Source of the DNA: Desulfovibrio sp.
GTDB lineage: Bacteria; Bacillota; Dethiobacteria; DTU022; UBA8154
Assembly: GCA_020060185.1 (NCBI GenBank)
Contig: JAGVAS010000056.1
Coordinates: 3,734 to 67,733 of the forward strand
DNA: 64,000 bases
Direction of reading: 5' to 3'
Part shown: one piece after another, positions 48,049 through 56,319 of the stretch
Position numbering within the stretch: position 1 is the stretch's first letter
Layout of the letters: every line of letters begins with the position of its first letter
Translations under genes and position numbers: made by a program
The notes under the pieces: model-generated
What the model saw: the letters and a program-made list of their open reading frames with translations, nothing else
Databases searched by the model: none
Told to the model about the DNA's origin: nothing

Positions 48049-51000
48049 AGTTTCTTACGAATGTAAAAAAAGCCGTATCCGAGACACAAAAGGGAAAGCA
48101 CGGATAGGACCGCTCCCCAGCGATAGACAGGCGGCCTTTCCAGGTAGATTATGATTTCATGATCGCCGGCGGGGATTTTCAGCCTCAGCAGGTTTTCATA
48201 AATTTCGTAAGGCCAGGGCTCCCCGTTTATCTTCACCTTCATCCCATCAAGGGCGGCGACGGGAACGATCACATCAACATCATTCTCGACGCTGCAGGTC
48301 ATTACATAACCGTCCTCGCTGGCCTGGTAATTGAGCAGCGGTATAAGCGAAACAGGAGCATATTCCGTCCTTAATGCGAAAATATCTTTCAGGAGCTCCA
48401 AGACCAGAGCATCCTTTGTTAAAAAGGTATGGTAGGGCAGGTTCCCGCCTAAAAAGTGGATTTTCCTGCTCTTTATCAGCCTGCTCCCGTAAACGGGCGC
48501 GCTCATCCCGAAATATTCAAATTCAAGCTCTACTTCATCCAACCCCTGAAGCACCCAGGCTTTCCAGACATCAATATCCTCGAGAAAAAAAGGCTCCAGA
48601 AGGTATCTTTCGCCTTTCCGCCCCATGAGTTCCAGCTGGCCCCGGAGAGTAACCAGCTCACCGTAAACTTCCAAAAACTCCGGCTGCCTGGCCAGTATAT
48701 CTTCCTGCATCCCGGTAAGCTCGACAAACACCTCTCCTCCAGAAGCGGCATAATCCAGGATTACCTGTTCCGCTCTTGTCTTGGAGGACCATTTTGCCCC
48801 GTACAGGATAACACTGCTGTACCTTTTCAGCTTTTCGGGGTCATAGCTGTCAATATAGGTAGAAACGCCCATCTCTACATTGGGAAACATCAGGGCGATC
48901 GTTGGAGCATACTCGCCGATGACAAGGACGTCATCCTGCACCTCAACCAGGTAGGGTATGTCGATACCGGCATGCCAGATGCTGATCCCGTCTATTGTTA
49001 CAATATGGCTGTATCCGGCTTTTTCCGCTTCAAATGAAAAAGCCTGCGGATCCTTGATTACATCGTCCTTTACAAGCAAATCGGTCGCCCCCAAAAGAAC
49101 ACACGACCGAAACAAAAAAGGATAATACTGGAATTCCAAACCCGTGTTAATGAGCATGATATTGGGGGAGGTGGTAGCGCCCTGCCAGGCCCACCCAAAT
49201 ACCTGCTCTCTTCCTGATTGTTCTGCAAAAAGATATGAAGGGGTGGAACCGAGCCTGCTTAAATCTATAGTTGCTACGCGCCAGCCCGGGGTTGCCTGTA
49301 ATATCTCTGCGCTCTCGATCAATTTAGGGGCTCTCGCGGAGGTATGGGCAAGCAGGCGCACGGAAAAAAAAGAGTCCATCAAAAATGCCGCTGAAAGCAT
49401 AATAACAACAACAGGCCCCGCTTTGCTAAAAGGAAATCGAAATGGAAAGGCCCATTTTTTGACTGGGGAAAAAGCCAGGCTGGAAGCAATAACAGAGAGT
49501 GCCGCAAAGCCGGCAAAGTAATGCGGCCACAGCAGGTGGCTTAAGGGAAGGAGTAAATATAAAAGCCGCAGTGAAGGAAAAGTGAATGCTATTAAGATTG
49601 CTCCGCAAATGGCCAGGCTTTTGGCCCACGGCGGTTTTGAACGCCAGGTCAAGATAATAAGGGTTAGGGCAAAAATAATGCTGATTCCCCAGTAAAAAGC
49701 CTCCCGGTTAGCAAAACGATAAAAGGGATCTAGAGATATCGCTGCCGGAATGAGATTTTCGACTACATAAGCTTTTACCGCCTCAGCGTTGATCCCGGTA
49801 ATACCGCCGACAAGGGCCGGCAGCAGCCACCACCCTGTCGAAAGAACTCCTATAGCAATTACCAAAACTCCTCTCGAAAAATCTCTTAGTCGGCAGCCGC
49901 TCAAGAACCAAAGGAAAAAAGCAAAAAGTCCCAGGGAGATAGAAAAAATCGCTCCAAACATGGCATGCGTGAGAATAACCCCGTGCAAAAGAGCGACAAA
50001 AATAATGATGTTGGAAAAAGACCTTTTTTCTTCAATTACTTTTAAAAAGAAGGCAAACAAAAGGGGCAGCAAAGCTGCGGCCAGAACACGGGGGAGGTTT
50101 CCTTCTGAGAAGGCAACACGCACGTTATCGATCCAAACGCTCCAGATTATACCCGCCAGCGTTGCCGCAAAAAGCCCTATGCGGTTGGCCCAAAAAAGCC
50201 ACGCCAGCCCTCCGCCAAGAGCACAGGCAAAAATAAAGTAATTTCCCGCCATGAAAATGTCAGCGCTGAAGGAACGCAACAAGGCCAACAAGTAATAAGG
50301 AAGAGGGGCCCAATAGCGAAAAGGTTGAACTCCGTTGTACCAATACTCAGTAAATTGGGGAAAATAGCTGCCTTTGAGGATCTGTTCGTACAGAAACTCT
50401 GCTTTCAAAAGATGCCCCCAGGCATCAGAACCCCACGGGTAATGAAGCCTGAATTGGGGCGTGAGAACATAATAATAGGCAAGGAAAGCCAGCAGGCTAA
50501 TTATCAGTGCGGATACGATATAATGGTGAACAGCATATCTGTAAAAAACCTGTCCGGAAAGTCTTTTGTCAGGTTGTTTGACAGGAATGGCATCCTTTAA
50601 ACCGTCCTCGACGGCAGTATCTGCTTTTAAACTGCTTTCGACGGCCGCGGCAATTTCCCTGCGGTAATCTGAACTTTCCGCACTTTCCCTGCTGCTTTCC
50701 GCCAGGGAATCAAGTGCGGTATTACGGTTGCTTACTTCTATTCCGCGGAGAGGCGTTTCCCAGAGACTAATACTGTCAAGCCCCAATTTTAACCCAGATA
50801 GTGCATCTTCCAGCCGGTTGTAAAAGTACATGGCCATATTCTCTGTCGTGGGTTGGAAAATATTGAAAGGATGAATTTCATTCAGAATTTTATCTTCATA
50901 TTGTCCAAAAACAGACTTGATACAATCTACAATGGTGGCAAAGGGTATTGGTTCATCATTTTCACTGGAAGGAATATCAACTTTCAAATGGACCTGCCAG

Positions 51001-51506
51001 GAGTGAGCATGAACCGGACCGGCTTTTTCGGTAAACGAAACATAATGGCGGGCATTAAGAAAAGAAACCAGCTGGATAGAGTAAGCCTTGGATTCAGCAA
51101 GGGGCTTCGGTTCCCAGGGGGAGGAGACAATTTCCTTTTTACTGCCTGAAATTTCTAATTCTGGCCCGATTTCCTCAGCCAATTGTTTATTTTGCTCTGC
51201 TGATACTTTGTTTAGAATTTCCCGTTCCATGGATGAAAGTTCGTTGTTTAACCGGGCGATTTCATCCTCAACAATCTGCAATTCTATTTTTTTTGAAGCA
51301 ACTATAGCTTCCGCTTCAGATATGATGCGCCGTGCCTTAGCCCGGGCATTATCTTCCATCTCTTTTGCCACCCTGATGCTTTGAGCAAGCGAACGCTGGA
51401 CATTTAAAAAATGGGATTCATTTGCAGCAATTATCGCCTTTAACTCGGTGACCTGCAGCTCGTACTTTTTTATCTTGCCCAGTAACCCCTGAAGTTCTTC
51501 GCGCAA
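48045..51506 (-). CDS. Fusion: DivIVA-like coiled coil + QueD/6-PTPS-like domain + PTPS-related GT-C-like membrane domain
   Basis: AKEMEDNARAKARRIISEAE; FLNARH, HAHSW, PTTENMA, LWETP; PWGSDAWGHL, WYNGVQPFRYWAPL, EGNLPR, THAM, FGWAWQGA. Confidence 0.82.
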   Translation of the reverse strand: MREELQGLLGKIKKYELQVTELKAIIAANESHFLNVQRSLAQSIRVAKEMEDNARAKARRIISEAEAIVASKKIELQIVEDEIARLNNELSSMEREILNKVSAEQNKQLAEEIGPELEISGSKKEIVSSPWEPKPLAESKAYSIQLVSFLNARHYVSFTEKAGPVHAHSWQVHLKVDIPSSENDEPIPFATIVDCIKSVFGQYEDKILNEIHPFNIFQPTTENMAMYFYNRLEDALSGLKLGLDSISLWETPLRGIEVSNRNTALDSLAESSRESAESSDYRREIAAAVESSLKADTAVEDGLKDAIPVKQPDKRLSGQVFYRYAVHHYIVSALIISLLAFLAYYYVLTPQFRLHYPWGSDAWGHLLKAEFLYEQILKGSYFPQFTEYWYNGVQPFRYWAPLPYYLLALLRSFSADIFMAGNYFIFACALGGGLAWLFWANRIGLFAATLAGIIWSVWIDNVRVAFSEGNLPRVLAAALLPLLFAFFLKVIEEKRSFSNIIIFVALLHGVILTHAMFGAIFSISLGLFAFFLWFLSGCRLRDFSRGVLVIAIGVLSTGWWLLPALVGGITGINAEAVKAYVVENLIPAAISLDPFYRFANREAFYWGISIIFALTLIILTWRSKPPWAKSLAICGAILIAFTFPSLRLLYLLLPLSHLLWPHYFAGFAALSVIASSLAFSPVKKWAFPFRFPFSKAGPVVVIMLSAAFLMDSFFSVRLLAHTSARAPKLIESAEILQATPGWRVATIDLSRLGSTPSYLFAEQSGREQVFGWAWQGATTSPNIMLINTGLEFQYYPFLFRSCVLLGATDLLVKDDVIKDPQAFSFEAEKAGYSHIVTIDGISIWHAGIDIPYLVEVQDDVLVIGEYAPTIALMFPNVEMGVSTYIDSYDPEKLKRYSSVILYGAKWSSKTRAEQVILDYAASGGEVFVELTGMQEDILARQPEFLEVYGELVTLRGQLELMGRKGERYLLEPFFLEDIDVWKAWVLQGLDEVELEFEYFGMSAPVYGSRLIKSRKIHFLGGNLPYHTFLTKDALVLELLKDIFALRTEYAPVSLIPLLNYQASEDGYVMTCSVENDVDVIVPVAALDGMKVKINGEPWPYEIYENLLRLKIPAGDHEIIIYLERPPVYRWGAVLSVLSLLCLGYGFFYIRKKL

Positions 51507-51896
51507 TTTAATTTCCAGGACCTCTAAATGGGGTTCGGCTTTTTCTCTAATAGAAATATAAATCTTTCCCTTCTTAAGACGTGTTCTATCTTATCTTTAT
51601 ATCTTTCAGTAATAGCTCACCTTAATCAGATAACTTTCACCATATCCATAAAACCTGAGTACAACGAAAAACACCAGAGCACATCTACTACCAATATATC
51701 AATGCGTTCAAGGTAGGATCCAGCTTTGTGGTAGTGTGATGATGTACGTTATCTATGGGTTTGAGGCAATAGAGCATCTGCTTCAATTTTGACGAATTGG
51801 ATACAAAGCTCGAACGCGCTGAGATAGATACTTATACCCTGGCTTGGTAATCATCTGTTACAACTTAAGTTTTATTATTTAAAGTGAATAATTAAT

Positions 51897-52394
51897 TCAG
51901 GGCAAACTGCCTCTTTCTTTATTCTTATCGTCAACAAGTTTGGGATAAAAAGAAACATCTCCGCTCAGATGCTCTGCTGTCACCGTTTCTAGAGAAAACC
52001 TGTACTTATCTAAAACCTTTTTAAATTCTTCTTTAAAATGAGCTACTTTTTCCCTCAGGTTTGTCAGTTCCTGGTTTCTTTTCTTTAACTCGTTTTCGCT
52101 TTCTTCAATTAACCTCCTGGCAGTTGCCCGCGCTTCTTCTTCAATTTGCGTCGCCCTTTTTTGCGCTTCCAAGAAAACTTCGGCAATTGTATGTTCCCTG
52201 GCAGTATATTCGTTTATCTTATTCCTTAACCCGTAAACTTCTTCTTCTGCTTTTTTTAATTCCTCTTTCTTTTTTTCAATCTCAAGCTGAAGAGCTGCTA
52301 TTGTGCTTTGATATTCGCTGTTAAGCTGCTTAATCTCACCTTCAACATCAGCTGGCTTAAAGCCAAAAAGCGATTTTCTGAACCTTCTTCCCAT
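51897..52394 (-). CDS. DivIVA-domain coiled-coil protein
   Basis: RFRKSLFGFKPADVE N-terminus plus a long coiled coil; GGAG-type RBS before ATG at 52394. Confidence 0.78.
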   Translation of the reverse strand: MGRRFRKSLFGFKPADVEGEIKQLNSEYQSTIAALQLEIEKKKEELKKAEEEVYGLRNKINEYTAREHTIAEVFLEAQKRATQIEEEARATARRLIEESENELKKRNQELTNLREKVAHFKEEFKKVLDKYRFSLETVTAEHLSGDVSFYPKLVDDKNKERGSLP

Positions 52395-52641
52395 TTTCTC
52401 CCCTCCTTCAGAATATATTAATTTCAAAAGAGAACACTATGCCCCAAAACAAAACACACAATTCAGCATTTATCCCGTAGCAATATTTATTCTTAATTTA
52501 TTTAGAAAATCCTGCTAATATTCGACAAAAAAGGTACATATCATCAACAATCGCGAACTTTTTTATCTTAAGTACTTCAGCTATCCTCCGTTTTCTGTCA
52601 TAAATGAGAAAACATTCTATAAAACAGCCGATCTTTAGATA

Positions 52642-52670
52642 ATTATATCAGAAATGCCTAAATATTACAA
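52642..52670 (-). promoter_or_regulatory. Candidate sigma-A promoter of the XrtG operon
   Basis: TTGTAA-17 nt-TATAAT; a sigma-H-like AGGA-17-GAAT also lies at 52489-52513. Confidence 0.5.
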
Positions 52671-52974
52671 GAACATTTTTAAAAAGCCATTTGGGTTGTA
52701 TTTTCTTTTTTGAGCAAAGCTTTAGCAGCAATAGGGTCCTTGATTTAGTCCATTTTTATAGCTTTTGCGGATATTTTTTGGCCTTTTTTCCATTTTCAGG
52801 TAACGATTGCGAATTTGAGCATAATCTTCTGTTGGATATTCAATTTTAAAGCTACGGTTAAGAGGTACGGCCTTGACCTCAGCTTTAGCGGTGAAATCGC
52901 CTCCACCTCTGGCAAAGATCTTGAGATGGATGGAGACGAGCTGACCGCAAGAATAAAGAATATTAGCGAAAAGG

Positions 52975-53228
52975 CCTTGTAAAATAAAATTTATCCCGGA
53001 TCCCGTTTGCTGGACACAGGTGCCCGAAACGCTAAAAAATCAAAGTCCCAGCGGCACAGGCGGCAGGTTGGTCTTATCGATTCGCTCTTCAGACATAAGA
53101 AAATTCTGTTTAACCCAAAATACGGCCTTATTGGCCTTTATGCCGCTCCTTATTTCTGGTTTTTTGAGATGTTAGGGCCTATAGTAAAAATCCTCGGCTA
53201 TATCCTCACTTTACCACCAGGGACATAA
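52975..53228 (+). pseudogene. Remnant of a processive GT2 (IcaA-like) glycosyltransferase
   Basis: KIKFIPDPVCWTQVPETLK / QRHRRQVGLIDSLFRHKKILFNPKYG..FFEMLGP, with frameshift and degenerate QRxRW. Confidence 0.7.
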
Positions 53229-53238
53229 AACAGGTTAA

Positions 53239-54270
53239 TTAATAATTTAGGCGCCGGGAAGGCAGGTCGATTTTCAAGGCTGTTTCCGCTATTTTCGGGT
53301 CAAACTGGGTTCCGGAACAAAGACGGAGCTGCTCCCTGACCTGTTCCACTGTTTTGGCCGGGGCATAAGGCCGCTGGGAAAGCATAGCATCGATGGCATC
53401 GGCAACGGCAATTATCCTGGCACTGCATGGAATCTGCAGCCCCTTGATACCCTCCGGATAGCCTGTCCCGTCAAATTTTTCATGATGGTGAAGAACGATG
53501 GGGACTGCTTCCTTGAGGAATTCGACTGGGGAGATAATTTCCGCCCCAATAACAGGGTGCTGTTTGATCACTTTAAATTCCTCAAAAGTAAGGGTAGAGG
53601 GTTTTCTTAAGATATGCTCCGGAACGCCGATCTTCCCGATATCATGCAGTATGGCCGCCTGCTGCAGCAGGTCCATTTCCATGGCGGAAAGTCCCATCTC
53701 CTCCCCCAGGATCATCGTAAACATAGCAACCCTTTCCTGGTGACCCTTGGTATAGGAATCTTTGGCATCAATGGCCGCTACCAGGGAGCGCACCGTCTCC
53801 AGGTAATGCTTCTGGATATTGTTGTAAGCGCGCTCAATTTCCTCCTTAAGGGAGTCATTTACAACCTGCAGTTCGTTAAGCCTGTTCCTGATGGCTGTGC
53901 TTGTAGTGCGGCGTGAAAGCCCCTTTTCCACAACTTCTTTAACCGAGCTGCAGTCAAAGGGTTTAATAAGGTAATCCAGGGCGCCGTTGCGCAGGGCATT
54001 GGTAGCCGTATCCACGGAGGCATAGGCGGTTATCATCACCACCTCCGTTTCCGGAGCCTTCTTTTTTACTTCGGCAAGCAGTTCGATGCCGTTAATGTCG
54101 GGCATCCTTATATCCAGTATAACCAGGTCGAATTCGGAAACATCAAGATAATCCAGGGCCTGCTTACCGTTGTCTGCGGTAACAACCTCATACTCGTCCC
54201 GCAAGATCATCCTCAGGGCCTCCCTGGGGCCGAGTTCGTCATCGACAACCAGTATTCTCGGGTTTTCCAT
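53239..54270 (-). CDS. Response regulator with HD-GYP phosphodiesterase (RpfG-like)
   Basis: VVDDE..ILDIRMP..KPF; AKDSYTKGH, LHDIGK, HHEKFDGTGYP. Confidence 0.93.
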   Translation of the reverse strand: MENPRILVVDDELGPREALRMILRDEYEVVTADNGKQALDYLDVSEFDLVILDIRMPDINGIELLAEVKKKAPETEVVMITAYASVDTATNALRNGALDYLIKPFDCSSVKEVVEKGLSRRTTSTAIRNRLNELQVVNDSLKEEIERAYNNIQKHYLETVRSLVAAIDAKDSYTKGHQERVAMFTMILGEEMGLSAMEMDLLQQAAILHDIGKIGVPEHILRKPSTLTFEEFKVIKQHPVIGAEIISPVEFLKEAVPIVLHHHEKFDGTGYPEGIKGLQIPCSARIIAVADAIDAMLSQRPYAPAKTVEQVREQLRLCSGTQFDPKIAETALKIDLPSRRLNY

Positions 54271-54274
54271 ATAC

Positions 54275-56296
54275 TCATCCCCCTTTTCCGGAAAAAATAG
54301 GCAAAATGACTTCTATCTCCAGGCACTTGTCCTTGGTTAAGGACGCTTTCAGACGCCCGCCGTGATCCTCGATTATTTTCCGGCTTACAGGCAGACCCAG
54401 CGAAATATAGCCGTTTTGATGGGCAGTTAAAGGTTCAAACATTTTCTCCACGTCTTCAATTGACGCTTTTGTCTGGTTGTCACACAAGCGAATACAGGCG
54501 CCCCCGGAAAATATCTTGTCAGTATAAAATGTATGTATATGAATTATCCCCCCGACTTCCACGGCCCTGAAACAATGGCGCAGCAGGTAGGAAAAAGCCC
54601 TGGCCAGAAGGGTTTTGTCCGCCCTGATGTTTAAAGGCTCTCCAAAATAAGCGGTATCTACTGTGGTCTCCTGCCCCATCCCCTGTTCCTGCAAGAGTAA
54701 AAGTCCCATGTCAAGGGTTTCATGGATATCAACAGAGCTGTACTTGTAGGAAAGAGGCGTGGAAAAAGCAATGAGCTGCTCTACCAGTTCATTTAACCTC
54801 TTAATCTCCTGCCGTACTGTATAGGTAAAGAATTCCCGGAAGGAGCTGTCGTCGTATTTTTCCGTTAAAAGCTCTGCAAAGGTCTGGATGGCAACCATGG
54901 GATTCTTTATTTCATGTGCCAGTTGGCCGACAAATTTATTAAGCACATCAAGCCGGTCAGCCTGGCGCCGCTCCACCTCCAGCTGTTTTCTTTGCGTAAT
55001 ATCTTCAAAGATCATGACGCTGCCGAAGGTTTCTCCCTCTATGCTGAGCAGCTGGTAAGTATTGATCTCCAGGGGGATACGTCCCGGGGCTAGTTCAATC
55101 TCTTCTTTGAAAAATGCTTTTCCAGTAGTCAATGTTTCATAAAGCAAATCACCCAGGGGGCTGGGAAGGGAGCGCAGGTCTTTTCCCATAACTTCCTGCG
55201 GTAAAAACTTAAGAAGTTCCCCGGCACGAAAATTAAAGGTTATAATACGCTCTTCCCGGTTAATAGCCACAACTCCGCTGTTCATGCGCTGCAGGATACT
55301 TTCGATATATGACTTCTGATCGCATACCTGGTGGTAAAGGGCGATATCCCGCAGGGCCATAGCCACATTCCCACAGAGGGTAAAAAGTATCTCCAGTTCC
55401 TCTTCATAAAAGGAAGAACGGGTTATTTTGGGCCCCAGGTTAAGAATCCCCACCAGTTGCCCGTGGGCCAACAACGGTATACAGGCAACTGCCTGGAGCA
55501 GTTTCATTTCCTGAAGGGCTTCAGCGGAAGAAATGCCGTTGGGAGCGTAGTGCACTTCTTCAATGCGCAGTATGCGCCCTTCTCCGGCCAACCAGGAAAT
55601 AAGTCCCGTGGACGATTTAAAGCGCAAGCTAAAAGAAAACTGTGGGTCAAGCCCTCTTTGCGATACAATTTTATACTGGTCCAGGTTCTCATCGTATAAC
55701 AAGATCGACAACTTGCCCACCGGGACCAGTTCGGCAACGGCATTCATAAAAAGATCCAGGAGGCGGTTCCTGTTGAAATTGTTGCTCAAAGCCTTTGAGA
55801 ATTCGCGTAAGACGCGCTCTTTATGCAGAATCGGTGAAAAATGGTTTGGAAGCTCTTGCTTACCGTTATTATCACCTGCAGCTTTTTTAAGGTTCTGCAT
55901 CTCAAAGCGAAGCTGAACCCTCTCCCAGGCCCGCGCAAGCTTAATATTAACCTGCTTGCTAGAAAAAGGTGCATGAATAAAATCATAAAAATATGGCAAA
56001 AGGGAATCTTCCACGGCAGCCTGGCCGTCAATAAGGCCGAGGTAGGTTAAATCGGGCCTCCGGGAACACGCTTCTTGTATCCATGGTAAAATACCATGCA
56101 TAGTTGTATCTACAAGTATTATGCCGGAAACAAGATTTTTCAGCAGCTGCAGGGTTTTTGGACCCATTTCGCATTCCAGGAAAGTATATTCTTCCGCAAT
56201 ATATTCTTTTACTTTCCTGAGAGTGCTGTCTTTACTGCATACAAGGATAACCAGTTTCAATATGTTTCCCTTCTTTCGGGATTCTATAGGTGCCAC
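54275..56296 (-). CDS. Cytoplasmic REC-like/GAF/PAS/HisKA protein with degenerate ATPase domain
   Basis: H-box LAHEIKNPM intact; N box AFSYLLRH, G1 CDNQTK and G2 ISLGL are degenerate. Confidence 0.8.
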   Translation of the reverse strand: MAPIESRKKGNILKLVILVCSKDSTLRKVKEYIAEEYTFLECEMGPKTLQLLKNLVSGIILVDTTMHGILPWIQEACSRRPDLTYLGLIDGQAAVEDSLLPYFYDFIHAPFSSKQVNIKLARAWERVQLRFEMQNLKKAAGDNNGKQELPNHFSPILHKERVLREFSKALSNNFNRNRLLDLFMNAVAELVPVGKLSILLYDENLDQYKIVSQRGLDPQFSFSLRFKSSTGLISWLAGEGRILRIEEVHYAPNGISSAEALQEMKLLQAVACIPLLAHGQLVGILNLGPKITRSSFYEEELEILFTLCGNVAMALRDIALYHQVCDQKSYIESILQRMNSGVVAINREERIITFNFRAGELLKFLPQEVMGKDLRSLPSPLGDLLYETLTTGKAFFKEEIELAPGRIPLEINTYQLLSIEGETFGSVMIFEDITQRKQLEVERRQADRLDVLNKFVGQLAHEIKNPMVAIQTFAELLTEKYDDSSFREFFTYTVRQEIKRLNELVEQLIAFSTPLSYKYSSVDIHETLDMGLLLLQEQGMGQETTVDTAYFGEPLNIRADKTLLARAFSYLLRHCFRAVEVGGIIHIHTFYTDKIFSGGACIRLCDNQTKASIEDVEKMFEPLTAHQNGYISLGLPVSRKIIEDHGGRLKASLTKDKCLEIEVILPIFSGKGG

Positions 56297-56319
56297 CTGT
56301 ACGAAACATAAAGCTGTAT

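Noticed and set aside
48045..51506. Queuosine or 7-deazaguanine (Dpd) pathway
   Set aside because: The QueD-like domain is part of a membrane fusion in XrtG context, and no queC/queE/folE/dpdA is present.
51575..51890. Possible transposase or gene remnant between divIVA and the PTPS fusion
   Set aside because: Only short broken frames; no convincing motif or terminal repeats.
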